Shown piece by piece: positions 17,569-27,918 of a stretch of DNA of 64,000 nucleotides (positions are counted from its first letter, which is position 1; each line of letters opens with the position of its first letter). The notes beneath the pieces were generated by a model. The model saw only the letters and a program-made list of their open reading frames with translations, made no database searches and was not told the DNA's origin. The translations under genes and the position numbers were made by a program. Where the stretch lies: contig JAAZGO010000002.1 in the NCBI GenBank assembly GCA_012511175.1, positions 1,047-65,046 on the forward strand, given 5' to 3'. This DNA comes from Fastidiosipila sp. Lineage in GTDB: Bacteria > Bacillota > Clostridia > Saccharofermentanales > DTU023.

Positions 17569-17604
17569 GCGCGCCGGCTCCAACAGGAGTCGGTGCGCTT
17601 TTTT
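17569..17604 (+). terminator. intra-operon terminator/attenuator after the binding-protein gene
   Basis: GCGCGCCGGCTCC-AACA-GGAGTCGGTGCGC forms a 13-bp stem (2 G-U pairs), followed by TTTTTT. Confidence 0.65.
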
Positions 17605-17670
17605 AAAAGCGATCATCCAGGGGCGGGCGCCGGCGTGCCGGCGGCAACGCCCGGACAGAAGGAGAATGAA

Positions 17671-19284
17671 ATGGACGGGCCACCCATTTTATCCATGAAG
17701 GGGATAAGCAAGGAATATTTTGGCAACCGTGTACTGAAAAATGTTGATCTGGCTGTCAGACCAGGCGAAATTCATGCCCTGGTCGGTGAGAATGGCGCCG
17801 GTAAGTCAACCTTAATGAATATTCTGTTCGGCATGCCTGTCATCCACACGACAGGTGGCTTTGAAGGGGAAGTGGAAATCGGTGGCCAGCCGGTCAAGAT
17901 CATGAGCCCGCACGAGGCCATGGATCATGGCATTGGCATGGTCCACCAGGAATTTATGTTGATTCCCGACTTCACCATTGCCGAGAATATCAAAGTGGGA
18001 CGGGAAATCGGGACGCCGACCGTATTTTCCAAGGTTTTCGGACCCGCCCTGGATATTCTTGACCGCGAGGCCATGAGCCGCGACGCAAAAAAAGCCCTGT
18101 CCCGGATTGGGATGAATATTGAGGACTATGTCAAGGTTGCCGGCCTTCCCATCGGCTACAAGCAGTTTGTTGAAATCGCGCGCGAAATCGACAAGACAGG
18201 AATCAAGCTTCTCGTTTTCGATGAACCGACAGCAGTGCTGGCAGAAAGCGAAGCGGAGCGCCTGCTCGAAATCATGAAAATCATCACCAGCCAGGGGATT
18301 GCGATCATCTTCATCACCCATAGGCTCGATGAGGTTATGGCGGTGGCCGACAGCCTGACCATCCTGCGCGACGGCGAACTGGTCGAACATGCCATGACCC
18401 GTGACATGACCGTGGTTGAGATCGCAGCCAAGATGATCGGCCGCAAGGTTGAGCGCCTGATTGATCTTGGCGATACCTGCCGCGTCTGCGAACAGGAGAC
18501 GGTTGCTTTTGAATTAAGCAATTTCAGCGTCGACATGCCCGGTGAACAGGTCAAGGGCATGAACGCCTCCGTTTTTGAAGGAGAAATCTTCGGTTTCGGT
18601 GGTCTTGCCGGCCAGGGGAAAATCGGCATCATCAACGGCGTCATGGGGCTTTTCCCTGCCGAGGGTGATGTCACGGTTTTCGGGGAAAAACTCCGGCTTG
18701 AAAGGCTGGGGGATGCCCTGAAGCATGACGTGGCTTTCGTCTCCGAGGATCGTCGGGGCGTCGGACTCCTGCTCAACGAATCCATCGAACGCAATATTGT
18801 CTTTTCAGCCATGCAGGTCCACAACCAATTCCTGCGGCGAATCGGCCCCATCAAGATGTTTAACCGGAAAAAGGCGAAAAAACACACGCTGGATATGATC
18901 AAGCTGCTCGATATCCGTTGTACGGGTCCCCACCAGAAGACAGGAAGTCTTTCCGGCGGCAATCAGCAAAAAATCTGTCTGGCCCGTGCGCTTACCATGA
19001 ATCCGAAGATTCTTGTTGTCGCCGAACCGACACGGGGGATTGACATCGGAGCAAAAAAACTTGTTCTGGAGCATCTGGTCAAGATGAACGTCGACCAAGG
19101 GATGACCATCGTCATTATCAGTTCGGAACTGGTCGAGCTGCGCTCCATCTGTGACAGGATTGCCATCGTATCCGAAGGGAAAGTTGCAGAGATCCTGGCG
19201 CCGGATGCCTCTGACGCGGCCTTCGGGCTGGCCATGTCCGGAATGTCCCTCGCCGGTGTTGAAGGGGGGGTTGAAGATGAGTAA
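17671..19284 (+). CDS. sugar/nucleoside-type ABC transporter ATP-binding protein (two fused ABC domains)
   Basis: Walker A GENGAGKST, a second signature LSGGNQQK and Walker B ILVVAEPTRGID. AAGGAGA RBS precedes ATG 17671. Confidence 0.9.
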   Translation: MDGPPILSMKGISKEYFGNRVLKNVDLAVRPGEIHALVGENGAGKSTLMNILFGMPVIHTTGGFEGEVEIGGQPVKIMSPHEAMDHGIGMVHQEFMLIPDFTIAENIKVGREIGTPTVFSKVFGPALDILDREAMSRDAKKALSRIGMNIEDYVKVAGLPIGYKQFVEIAREIDKTGIKLLVFDEPTAVLAESEAERLLEIMKIITSQGIAIIFITHRLDEVMAVADSLTILRDGELVEHAMTRDMTVVEIAAKMIGRKVERLIDLGDTCRVCEQETVAFELSNFSVDMPGEQVKGMNASVFEGEIFGFGGLAGQGKIGIINGVMGLFPAEGDVTVFGEKLRLERLGDALKHDVAFVSEDRRGVGLLLNESIERNIVFSAMQVHNQFLRRIGPIKMFNRKKAKKHTLDMIKLLDIRCTGPHQKTGSLSGGNQQKICLARALTMNPKILVVAEPTRGIDIGAKKLVLEHLVKMNVDQGMTIVIISSELVELRSICDRIAIVSEGKVAEILAPDASDAAFGLAMSGMSLAGVEGGVEDE

Positions 19285-20383
19285 TACGAAACAAACGATC
19301 CAGCGCATTGGCTGGCCCCGGCTGATCATCGGCCTCTTCTTCGTTTTGCTGGTCATTGTGTCTCCGGTTATGGGCCTGAAAATCACGGATGTCTTCAGTG
19401 ATGTGCTCCGGCGCTGGTCCATGTTCGGTATCCTCATCCTGGCCATGGTGCCGGGCGTGCAAAGCGGTATCGGCCTGAACTTTGGCGTTTCGCTGGGAAT
19501 TGTCGCCGGCCTGATTGGCAGTACAACGGCCATTGAATTGTCTTTCCGGCACGGTTCGCCACGGCCTTGGACCGATCTTGCCTTTGCGCTCCTGATTGCC
19601 ATCCCAATCGCCACTTTGCTGGGTTTTCTGTACGGTCTGCTGCTCAACCGGGTCAAGGGATCTGAAATGACCGTGTCAACTTACGTTGGCTTCTCAGTTA
19701 TTGCGCTTTCCAACATCGTCTGGCTATTGCTGCCCTTCCGGTCCGGCGTCCTCATCTGGCCGATCGCGGGCGAGGGTATGCGTAACACCATCAACCTGGA
19801 AGAAAGTTTTGGCGGCCTGATGAGTAATCCCGATGTGGTGGCAAAGATGCCCACAGCTCTTCACTGGCTGGCCTTCAGGGTGGGCGGCGTGGTCATACCC
19901 CTGGGGATGATTCTCTTTTTCCTTTTCATGTGCCTGGCGGTCTGGTTTTTCCTTTGGAGCAAAAAAGGAATTGCCATGAGCGCCGCGGGGGAAAATGAGC
20001 TCTTTACCCAGTCCAACGCCATCAATGTCAACCAGATGAGGATTCTGGGCACCGTGCTGTCTACCGTACTCGGAGCCATCGGCATCATCATGTATGCTCA
20101 GGTGTTTGGCTTCCTGCAACTCTACAACGCCCCGCTCATGATGGGATTCCAGTGTGTCGCGGCCGTTCTGATCGGCGGCGCGACGACAAGGCGGGCGACG
20201 GTGACCAACGTCATTGTCGGTGCCCTTCTTTTCCAGGGAATCCTGACGACCTCCCTGCCGGTAATCAAAAGGCTGATGCCTTCGGGAAGTACTTTGTCGG
20301 AGGTTGTCCGGATCATTATTTCGAATGGCATCATTCTTTACGCGCTGTCGAAAACGAAAGGAGGGAACCAGATTGAAAAATAA
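19277..20383 (+). CDS. ABC transporter permease (BPD_transp_2 type)
   Basis: Polytopic membrane protein. ATG 19277 overlaps the ATPase stop. Confidence 0.85.
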   Translation: MSNTKQTIQRIGWPRLIIGLFFVLLVIVSPVMGLKITDVFSDVLRRWSMFGILILAMVPGVQSGIGLNFGVSLGIVAGLIGSTTAIELSFRHGSPRPWTDLAFALLIAIPIATLLGFLYGLLLNRVKGSEMTVSTYVGFSVIALSNIVWLLLPFRSGVLIWPIAGEGMRNTINLEESFGGLMSNPDVVAKMPTALHWLAFRVGGVVIPLGMILFFLFMCLAVWFFLWSKKGIAMSAAGENELFTQSNAINVNQMRILGTVLSTVLGAIGIIMYAQVFGFLQLYNAPLMMGFQCVAAVLIGGATTRRATVTNVIVGALLFQGILTTSLPVIKRLMPSGSTLSEVVRIIISNGIILYALSKTKGGNQIEK

Positions 20384-21878
20384 TCATGACCTGAATCAAT
20401 CAGCCGTTTCCCAGCCGGACGTCATCGTGATGCAGACGGAAACGCCCTTGAAAAAAACGCTCAGCTGGCTTTTCGAAAACAAAGTCATGCTGATGTTTGC
20501 TGCCCTCTGTATTGGCGCTGTCGCTGTTTCCGGCAACACCGTCGGTTTCGTCCTCGGAAATGTCCTCATTCGTTTTGGCCGTAATGGCTTTACTGTGTTG
20601 TCCCTGCTCATCCCGGTACTGGCTGGAATGGGGCTCAACTTCAGCATTGTCATCGGAGCCATCGCCGCACAGACGGGATTATTTTTCGCCGTGGACTGGG
20701 GTTTGACCGGCATGACGGGCATGCTGGTCGCTTTCCTTATTACAACGCCTCTGACCATGCTTTTCGGCTTCGGCGTCGGCCGCCTTTTCAACAAAATGAA
20801 AGGGGCGGAAATGATCGCCGGCCTGATCCTCGGCTACTTTGCGGACGGACTCTACCAGCTGTTTTTTCTTTACATCCTGGGAGGTATCCTGCCTGTCAGG
20901 ACCAATAGTCTGGTCATACCCGGCGGTATCGGGATCAAGAATACCATTGACCTGACCGGTAACATGAAATATGCACTTGATCTGGTCAAGCTGGTGGATC
21001 TGGTCCTGGCCCTCGCGGTGCTTCTTGCCATTATTGCCATCATTCAGATAGTGGCCCGCCGGAAAAATGGACAGCCTTTTCCTGTTAAGACGCTTGTTCT
21101 GCTGGTGCTGGCCGCCCTCATCTATGGCCTGACTTTTATTCCCGCAGTCGGGGATTATTTCAGAACGGACCGTCTGCCGATTGTCAGCACCATTGAGATG
21201 GGAGCTGCCATCGCCGTCCTTTATGCGGTCTGGAAGCTGGTGAGCCACAAGCTGCGGCCGGATGGAAAGTTCAGGGTCAGGCGCTGCCTGATGATCATTG
21301 GGGTGGCTGCCGCTCTTTACGCGTCAACTTATATTCCGCTGGTTTACAGCATCATCAAGAACGCCTCCATTGCCGTACTTCCCTTTGCCCTGATCGCAGG
21401 CCTCTGTGTTTTCAACAAGGTCTTCCTGTCGACACGGCTGGGCCAGAACATGCGGACGGTGGGTCAAAGCCAGGTCATTGCCAATGCATCGGGCATTCAC
21501 GTAGACCGCGTCAGGGTCATCGCCATGATCATGTCGACCGTTTTGGCTGGCTGGGGGCAGCTGATTTATCTGCAGAACCTTGGAACCTTTGCAACCTACG
21601 GAGCACATCTGCAGGTGGGGCAGTTTGCAATCGCGGCCCTGCTGGTAGGCGGAGCTTCCGTCCAGAAAGCCACCAACAAGCAGGCCATTACAGGCATCAT
21701 CCTCTTCCACACGCTCTTTATTGTCGCACCGGAAGCAGGCGCCAAACTCTTCAACAATGCCATGATCGGCGAGTACTTCCGTGTCTTCGTATCTTATGGC
21801 GTGATTGCCCTTTCCCTGGCCATGCACGCCTGGCAGCGAAAGACAAAACCGGCACTTAAGCTCGAAATGCCCGACTAG
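20373..21878 (+). CDS. ABC transporter permease, second subunit
   Basis: Polytopic membrane protein. AAAGGAGGGA lies 7 nt before TTG 20373 and overlaps the previous stop. ATG 20430 is an alternative start. Confidence 0.8.
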   Translation: MKNNHDLNQSAVSQPDVIVMQTETPLKKTLSWLFENKVMLMFAALCIGAVAVSGNTVGFVLGNVLIRFGRNGFTVLSLLIPVLAGMGLNFSIVIGAIAAQTGLFFAVDWGLTGMTGMLVAFLITTPLTMLFGFGVGRLFNKMKGAEMIAGLILGYFADGLYQLFFLYILGGILPVRTNSLVIPGGIGIKNTIDLTGNMKYALDLVKLVDLVLALAVLLAIIAIIQIVARRKNGQPFPVKTLVLLVLAALIYGLTFIPAVGDYFRTDRLPIVSTIEMGAAIAVLYAVWKLVSHKLRPDGKFRVRRCLMIIGVAAALYASTYIPLVYSIIKNASIAVLPFALIAGLCVFNKVFLSTRLGQNMRTVGQSQVIANASGIHVDRVRVIAMIMSTVLAGWGQLIYLQNLGTFATYGAHLQVGQFAIAALLVGGASVQKATNKQAITGIILFHTLFIVAPEAGAKLFNNAMIGEYFRVFVSYGVIALSLAMHAWQRKTKPALKLEMPD

Positions 21879-21902
21879 AACCGGGCCGGAAAGAAAAAAT
21901 AG

Positions 21903-21936
21903 AAAAGCCTTGGAGCAAATGCCCCAAGGCTTTTTT
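21903..21936. terminator. bidirectional terminator between the ABC operon and tRNA-Arg
   Basis: AAAAGCCTTGG-10 nt-CCAAGGCTTTTTT, with an A-run on one side and a T-run on the other. Confidence 0.65.
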
Positions 21937-21937
21937 G

Positions 21938-22014
<77 letters not shown>

Positions 22015-22077
22015 GTGACAGCTTTACCATACTAGCGCCCGCGCCGGGGCTTGTCAAGAACACCAAGGAGCAGGCCG

Positions 22078-23418
22078 TCAGTCGAAGATCAGGGTAATTT
22101 TGGCGATGTAATCAGATTCCACCTGAACGGCCAGGGTCGTCAAGGAGCTCTCTTTTTGGAGCTGCACCATGTAACCATTTTCACGGATAAAGGGGTAGCG
22201 GAGATAAAGCTCATGGACCGAGTCGCCCGGCCGAAGCCCAGTACCCGTTTCAAAGGAACTGTAAGTGATGCAGACCTGATGAAGATCGCCTTCAAATGAA
22301 AGTGAATCCGGATCGCAAAGCCCGGAGGCTTCAACAATCATCCCTGGCCAAACAGCTCGAAAGGAGACGTCGCCCAGATTTTCACTGTCCATGATTTCCA
22401 GATTGAGAGGAATTCCAAGCGTTGGCAAGGCTGTTTCCGAATCAATTTTCGCCCCGGTTTCGTCCGGGCCAAAGAGCGGCTGGCCTTCGAAGAAAAGGAG
22501 GGTGTCATCGGGCTTGAGGGGCTGTGCGATATTTTCATCCGCTTGGAAGCGGCCCCCTGATTCAGTAAAAATGACTGTGCGGGTTTTGGCAGGCCTTGAA
22601 TCTGCGGAAAGGAGCTGTTCTTCAAAAACTGCCCTGCCGGGCATCATCTCAAGGCAGCGGTAGCTCCCCTTGCCGGTCAAAACCTGATCATGGTAAAAAG
22701 CCAACAGGTCTTTGGCACGCCGGTCGATCGCAGCGCTTTGTATCCGGCTTCGAATTTCCGTATTGTGGCGCAGAAGGGCCGACAGGGCCGGTTCCGAACC
22801 GCCTGCCAGCGCGTCAAGGTAAAGGATGATGTAATCGTAGAGGGCGGCCTGTTTCTGCAGCCAGGACTTGGAAAAGCAGGGGATGCCGCTCTCATCCTTG
22901 GTGACGGGAATGGCAAATTTCAATTCGCGCAGGTCGGATGTACGCGCTTTGATCCACCAGATGGATGCATCGGCCGGTTTGGGTGTCAGCTGTTTATCCG
23001 CTTTAGCTGCGTAGCCGCGGATGACCGCGCTCTCGTCTTCCGATGCCCGGTAATAAGATGAGATGCTGCCCGGCAGGCAGTCAGATAGAAAGGCCACATA
23101 GCGCAAAAACTCCGTCTGTGAAATCTCAGCACGCTGAATGGCAGGGATGGCATGCCAGATTTTGTCCCGGTAATCCGCATGAGTGATGGCCAGAGTGATC
23201 AGGCGGACCCATTCGTCCTCGCGAAAAAATTTTTCGTTTTGCGGGCGAAGCACAAAAGGTGCAACGTCAACTGAGGGCAGGTCGGCGGGCTGAGAAGAAA
23301 AAGGCGTGCAGGCTGTCAGAAGACAGGCTGAAGCCAAGACCAAAAGCGCAGCCAGGAGCCGCACGCTGCGAAACTTGGTTTTTCGATTGTTCTGAATCAC
23401 CATGCCCTCAAAGTCCAC
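22078..23418 (-). CDS. hypothetical lipoprotein
   Basis: N-terminal signal with lipobox LLTAC. I recognise no catalytic motif. The start is uncertain (GTG 23418 or ATG 23403). Confidence 0.55.
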   Translation of the reverse strand: MDFEGMVIQNNRKTKFRSVRLLAALLVLASACLLTACTPFSSQPADLPSVDVAPFVLRPQNEKFFREDEWVRLITLAITHADYRDKIWHAIPAIQRAEISQTEFLRYVAFLSDCLPGSISSYYRASEDESAVIRGYAAKADKQLTPKPADASIWWIKARTSDLRELKFAIPVTKDESGIPCFSKSWLQKQAALYDYIILYLDALAGGSEPALSALLRHNTEIRSRIQSAAIDRRAKDLLAFYHDQVLTGKGSYRCLEMMPGRAVFEEQLLSADSRPAKTRTVIFTESGGRFQADENIAQPLKPDDTLLFFEGQPLFGPDETGAKIDSETALPTLGIPLNLEIMDSENLGDVSFRAVWPGMIVEASGLCDPDSLSFEGDLHQVCITYSSFETGTGLRPGDSVHELYLRYPFIRENGYMVQLQKESSLTTLAVQVESDYIAKITLIFD

Positions 23419-23481
23419 TGAAATCGCAAGGGTCAGGCAAGGAGCCCTGCCTGTTTATTGTGCCCCAAGCAGGCTCCTGCA

Positions 23482-24261
23482 TCAAGGATCGGAGCATGCT
23501 TCCTTTTTGCCCCGCCGGGAAACTGCCTCAAAAACGATGATGCCGCAGGCGACTGCTGCGTTGAGCGAATTGATCCGGCCCCGAAGGGGGATGGACAAGA
23601 GAAAATCACAGTGCTGGGCGACCATCTTTGACATGCCCTCACCTTCGCTGCCAACGACCAGGGCGATGCTGCCGCCGTAGTCGGCATCTTTGTAGCAAGT
23701 ACCTGATACCGCACTGGTCCCGAAAATCCAAAAACCCTGGTCTTTCAGCATGAGGATGGTTTGGGTCAGATTGTTGACCCGGCAAAGCGGAAGGTGTTCA
23801 ACGGCGCCCGCGGAAGCTTTGGCGACCGCCGCGTTCAGCGGCGCAGACCGGTGCCTGGGGATGACAACTGCATCGATGCCTGCCCCATCCGCCACACGCA
23901 GGATGGAGCCGAGGTTGTTGGCGTCCTGAATGTGGTCGAGCAGAAGAAGAAAGGGATCCCGGCCTTCTTCTTTACAGGTCTGCAAAATGCCGTTGAGGTC
24001 GGAATAGGCGTAAGGTGCTGCCTCGGCGATAATACCCTGATGGGCCCGGGTCAGGGCCATGCTGTCCAGGACAGCCCGGCTGACAAAATCGACCCGGGCG
24101 CCCTGCTGGCGGCAACGGGCCGCCAAGGCAGCCAGATCACCGCGGGCGTTTTCCAGCACATAGACACGATTAAGCGACCGGCCGGCAGCCAGGGCTTCGG
24201 CGACCGGATTGCGGCCCTCAAGCCGGGTCAGTTCCAAATCATGATCTCTGTTTTCACTCAT
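23482..24261 (-). CDS. rlmB: 23S rRNA (guanosine-2'-O)-methyltransferase RlmB (SpoU/TrmH family)
   Basis: LEGRNPVAEAL (substrate-binding domain), DHIQDANNLGSILRVADGAG, GSEGEGMS and SLNAAVACGI. It has the conserved position after cysS-mrnC. ATG 24261 is the chosen start. Confidence 0.85.
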   Translation of the reverse strand: MSENRDHDLELTRLEGRNPVAEALAAGRSLNRVYVLENARGDLAALAARCRQQGARVDFVSRAVLDSMALTRAHQGIIAEAAPYAYSDLNGILQTCKEEGRDPFLLLLDHIQDANNLGSILRVADGAGIDAVVIPRHRSAPLNAAVAKASAGAVEHLPLCRVNNLTQTILMLKDQGFWIFGTSAVSGTCYKDADYGGSIALVVGSEGEGMSKMVAQHCDFLLSIPLRGRINSLNAAVACGIIVFEAVSRRGKKEACSDP

Positions 24262-24724
24262 GGTCTTCGATTGGGTCTTCCGGTGAGTCAAGCAGATAGC
24301 TGATGAGGGCACACGTTCGTTCTTTTTTTCCCTGCAGCCAAAGCCATCCGATCAGTGCCTCAATGGCAGTTGCCTTCCGGTAGTCTGAGGGTGCGGCGTG
24401 CCGGGGCAGGCTGCTTGCATGGAAGTTGCGCGCACGCTTCAGGAGATTGCGTTCATTTTCCTCGAGGGAGAAAAGGCTGTTCGCGTCCGACAGCTTCCCT
24501 GCCAGGTTCGCCTGTCCCTCTGCACTGACGTACTTCTCTGCCAAACGGTGGAGCTGGCCGGAGGCAGCATTGAACTCGCCGGACAGCTTGGTCCTGACGT
24601 AGAGTTCGAAGACGGCATCGCCTACCCAGGCCAAGGTTGAGATGGAGCAGGAAAGAAGTTCATGCTCCGATAAAACGGACTTTCCAAAAAAATCTTCTGC
24701 TTCCAAGTGACCCTCTGGGCTCAA
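24254..24724 (-). CDS. mrnC: Mini-ribonuclease III
   Basis: LAWVGDAVFELYVR and the RNase III-like signature, with the conserved cysS-mrnC-rlmB arrangement. TTG start overlaps the cysS stop. Confidence 0.85.
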   Translation of the reverse strand: MSPEGHLEAEDFFGKSVLSEHELLSCSISTLAWVGDAVFELYVRTKLSGEFNAASGQLHRLAEKYVSAEGQANLAGKLSDANSLFSLEENERNLLKRARNFHASSLPRHAAPSDYRKATAIEALIGWLWLQGKKERTCALISYLLDSPEDPIEDHE

Positions 24725-26133
24725 TCAGCGGGAATGACACGTACCCCCTGGGGGGTATCCTCAAGCTTATAGCCATGGGAGAGAATCTCATCGCGGAGGG
24801 TATCAGCCCTTTCGAAATCGCGCTCCTCTTTGGCTCTCGTTCTTTCCCTGACCAGGGCCATGATCGCGTCCGGGATGACAAGGTCTTTTTTTTCAGGGTC
24901 CAGGCCCAGGATACCGCAAAGTTCAAGGATGGCAGAACGGGCCTCAAGCAACCGGTCAGCGGACACTTGTCCGGTAGCAGCTGCCGTATTGCCTGCCCGC
25001 ACCAGCTCAAAGAGGGCAGCGACGGCGTCAGCGGTATTGAGGTCATCGTCCATGGCTTCTTTCCAGTCGTGACGAAAGACTTCAATGGCTTTGGCCAGGG
25101 CTTCTTCTTCCGGCCCGCTGACAGCTAAATCCTTTGAAGCGGCTGCCACAAAGGCCAGGTGATCGATGCTGGTGCTGATCCGCTGCCAGCTTGCCACGGC
25201 CGCATCGAGCAGATCATCGGAAAAATTGATGGGCATCCGGTAGTGGGCCTGCAGGATGAAATAACGCAAAATGTGGTAGGGGTAAAATTGAGCCAGGTCG
25301 CGGACTGTGAAGAAATTCCCTGCCGATTTGGACATTTTTTCGTGATTGACGTTGATATAGCCGTTGTGCATCCAATAGCGGACGAAGGGTTTTCCCGTCG
25401 CGGCCTCACTTTGGGCGATCTCATTTTCATGGTGGGGGAAAGTCAGGTCAACGCCGCCGGCGTGGATGTCGATGGTTTCGCCCAGATTGGCCAGGCTCAT
25501 GGCGGAGCACTCGATGTGCCAGCCGGGCCGGCCATCGCCCCAGGGGCTGGGCCAGAAAGGTTCACCTTCCTTCTTGAACTTCCACAAGGCAAAGTCGAGC
25601 GGGTTGCGTTTACCCTCTGTTTCCGCCACCCGTTCGCTGGCACCGGCAACCAGGTCGTCCAGATTGTGGCCGGAGAGTTTGCCATAGGCCGGGAAGGTCT
25701 CGATCGAGAAATAGATGCCATCTTCAGTCTGGTAGGCGTGCCCCTTATCCATCAGCATCTGGATCAGGCGGATGATGTCGTCCATGGATTCCGTTGCCCG
25801 CGGATGGATGGTGGCCCGCATGATCCGGAGCGCGTCGGCATCCCGGTAGTATTCGCCGATCATTCTGGCAGCCAGTTCGCCCGTTGAAATGCCCTCGGTT
25901 TTGGCCCGGCTGATGACCTTGTCGTCGATATCGGTGAAGTTCTGGACGTAGGTCACCCGGTAGCCCAGCCAGAGAAGGTATCTTCTCAGGGTATCGAAGA
26001 CGATGAAGGGCCTGGCATTGCCCAGGTGAAAGAAGTCGTAGACTGTCGGGCCGCAGACATAGATTCGGAAATGGTCTTTTTCAAGGGGAATCAGTTCTTC
26101 TTTTTGTCGGGTCAACGAGTTGTAAACTCTCAC
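24721..26133 (-). CDS. cysS: cysteine--tRNA ligase
   Basis: VRVYNSLTRQKE start, HLGNARP (HIGH-type) and KMSKSAGN. GGGAGGTG RBS precedes GTG 26133. The track ORF extends to 26196. Confidence 0.95.
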   Translation of the reverse strand: MRVYNSLTRQKEELIPLEKDHFRIYVCGPTVYDFFHLGNARPFIVFDTLRRYLLWLGYRVTYVQNFTDIDDKVISRAKTEGISTGELAARMIGEYYRDADALRIMRATIHPRATESMDDIIRLIQMLMDKGHAYQTEDGIYFSIETFPAYGKLSGHNLDDLVAGASERVAETEGKRNPLDFALWKFKKEGEPFWPSPWGDGRPGWHIECSAMSLANLGETIDIHAGGVDLTFPHHENEIAQSEAATGKPFVRYWMHNGYINVNHEKMSKSAGNFFTVRDLAQFYPYHILRYFILQAHYRMPINFSDDLLDAAVASWQRISTSIDHLAFVAAASKDLAVSGPEEEALAKAIEVFRHDWKEAMDDDLNTADAVAALFELVRAGNTAAATGQVSADRLLEARSAILELCGILGLDPEKKDLVIPDAIMALVRERTRAKEERDFERADTLRDEILSHGYKLEDTPQGVRVIPAD

Positions 26134-26519
26134 AGCCCACCTCCCGTGATCAAGGCATTTGTCTTCTTTCGCAAAAGAAAACCCGAAATGCCGCACTCCT
26201 TTTTTGATACCCAGCCTACATGCCAGGTGGGTGCCCTGCGGTGGTCTTAGAATGTCCTTCGAAAAGGCTTATCCCTATTCCACATCGACCCGGACTCCCC
26301 TTCAAAAAATGGTGGTCCAAAAACAAGAGTGCCGCGCATTCCAGGCAGCTTCATGATAGCACGATTGCAAAGGGGCTTCAAATCTTCCGGTTACATGATG
26401 CCCGTCACACAGGGCCGCAGGGATAAGGCACGTGATATAGTATCATATGGACAAAAATGCATCCGCCCTGCCTGCGGGCAGCGGCGGTTCCAGAACAATT
26501 CCATTACAAGGAGGACGCG

Positions 26520-27881
26520 ATGACGTCACAGAAACTTTCGGAAGACAAGGGAACGGCAGTATTGACTGTCGAGGTTCCGTCGGAAGAATTCAAACAATCA
26601 TTACAGGCTGCCCATCGGAAAAATGCCCGTCATTTCCAAGTGCCGGGCTTTCGCAGGGGGAAAGCGCCCTACCCAGTCGTAGTCCGCCATTACGGAGAAG
26701 ATATCCTCTATGACGACGCGCTTGAAATCGCTTTGCCCAAGGCTTACGGGAAAGCCCTGGAAGAGCAGGAGATCACCCCTTTCTCCGATCCGCGCTTTAA
26801 AGTCAAGGAAATCGGCAGTGAGGCCGGCCTGGTCTTCGAGGTCAGTGTGGCCCTCAGGCCCCGGGTCAAGCTTGGGAAATACAAGGGTGTTGAAGCATAC
26901 CGGCCCCCCGCGGAGGTCGATGAAGCAGCTATTGACAAAAGGATTGAAGAGGCGCGCGAACGCGTTTCCCGATTGGTGCCCGTGACCAGCCGCCCGATTG
27001 AGATGGGGGATCAGGTTACCCTGGACTACAAGGGTTTCCTAGGAGAGGAAGTCTTCGAAGGCGGCGAGGCCCAGGGTCATAAGCTGGAAATCGGGTCGGG
27101 TACCTTCATTCCGGGATTTGAGGAAGGCTTGATCGGGCATGGGCCGGGCGACGATTTTGATCTCCCGCTTACCTTCCCTGAAACTTATCACGCGGAGGAT
27201 CTGGCGGGCAGAGAGGTCGTTTTTAAGGTCAGGATCCGGGAGGTTCTGGTCAAGGAATTGCCCGAGATCGACGATGAGTTCGTGCGCGATGTCAGTGACA
27301 GCTGTGACAGCCTGGAAGAGTACCGGGCTGAGATCCGGGAAGAATTGGCCAAAGAAATGAACAGCCAGGCTGACCAGGCTTTTGAACAAAACATCATCGA
27401 TAAGATTGTGGCGGATTCAAGCATCGAACTTTCGGAGCTCATCGTCGAAGACGAAATCGACCGGGCCATGGACCGTCAGGAGAAGCAATTTGCCATGTAC
27501 GGCCTCAATTTCAGCGATTTTTTGAAGTATTCAGGTCAGACGGTCGCGCAGTACCGTGCCGGACAGGAAAAGAAATCACGCAGGCTGATTGAGAGCGCCT
27601 GGGTGGTCGAGGCCATCCGCGAAAAGGAGAAGGAGCGGTTTGAGCTGAGTGATGACGAGTTTGAAAAAGCCATCGGGGAGACAGCTGAAAAGGAAGGTAT
27701 TTCGGCCGACTTGTTCAGGGACCAGTATTTGAAGACCGACCACGATCAGGAGCATTTCCGGCACGACATGGAAAACCGGAAACTGCTCAAATGGCTGAAA
27801 GAGGTCAGTCATGTGACCGACGTGGCGCCCGTGGTTCCGGATGAAGACGAAGACAGTCAGGACCAGACGCATGAAGAATAA
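26520..27881 (+). CDS. tig: trigger factor
   Basis: [12 protein letters not shown] ribosome-binding motif, a central FKBP-type PPIase region and an acidic C-terminus. AAGGAGG RBS precedes ATG 26520. Confidence 0.93.
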   Translation: MTSQKLSEDKGTAVLTVEVPSEEFKQSLQAAHRKNARHFQVPGFRRGKAPYPVVVRHYGEDILYDDALEIALPKAYGKALEEQEITPFSDPRFKVKEIGSEAGLVFEVSVALRPRVKLGKYKGVEAYRPPAEVDEAAIDKRIEEARERVSRLVPVTSRPIEMGDQVTLDYKGFLGEEVFEGGEAQGHKLEIGSGTFIPGFEEGLIGHGPGDDFDLPLTFPETYHAEDLAGREVVFKVRIREVLVKELPEIDDEFVRDVSDSCDSLEEYRAEIREELAKEMNSQADQAFEQNIIDKIVADSSIELSELIVEDEIDRAMDRQEKQFAMYGLNFSDFLKYSGQTVAQYRAGQEKKSRRLIESAWVVEAIREKEKERFELSDDEFEKAIGETAEKEGISADLFRDQYLKTDHDQEHFRHDMENRKLLKWLKEVSHVTDVAPVVPDEDEDSQDQTHEE

Positions 27882-27918
27882 CCAAGGCAAGGAAAGCCAA
27901 GAATGGAGGACATGGCAA

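Noticed and set aside
17812-19656. Minus-strand ORFs 17812..18390, 18156..18962 and 18805..19656
   Set aside because: They are antisense to the ABC ATPase and permease genes and have no motifs. The same reasoning applies to 20679..21248 and 21324..21827.
26436-26449. 14-mer TATAGTATCATATG shared with 59908..59921, each about 70 nt upstream of a plus-strand start codon
   Set aside because: It contains a -10-like TATAGT. A single 14-mer match within 64 kb (both strands) is within chance expectation, and the flanks are not similar.
26134-26519. Possible T-box leader for cysS
   Set aside because: On the minus strand I could not find the conserved T-box 14-mer, the AGAGA/distal-loop pair, or a terminator with a U-tract. 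The plus-strand GGTGGGTGCCCTGCGG only loosely resembles a T-box and would face tig.
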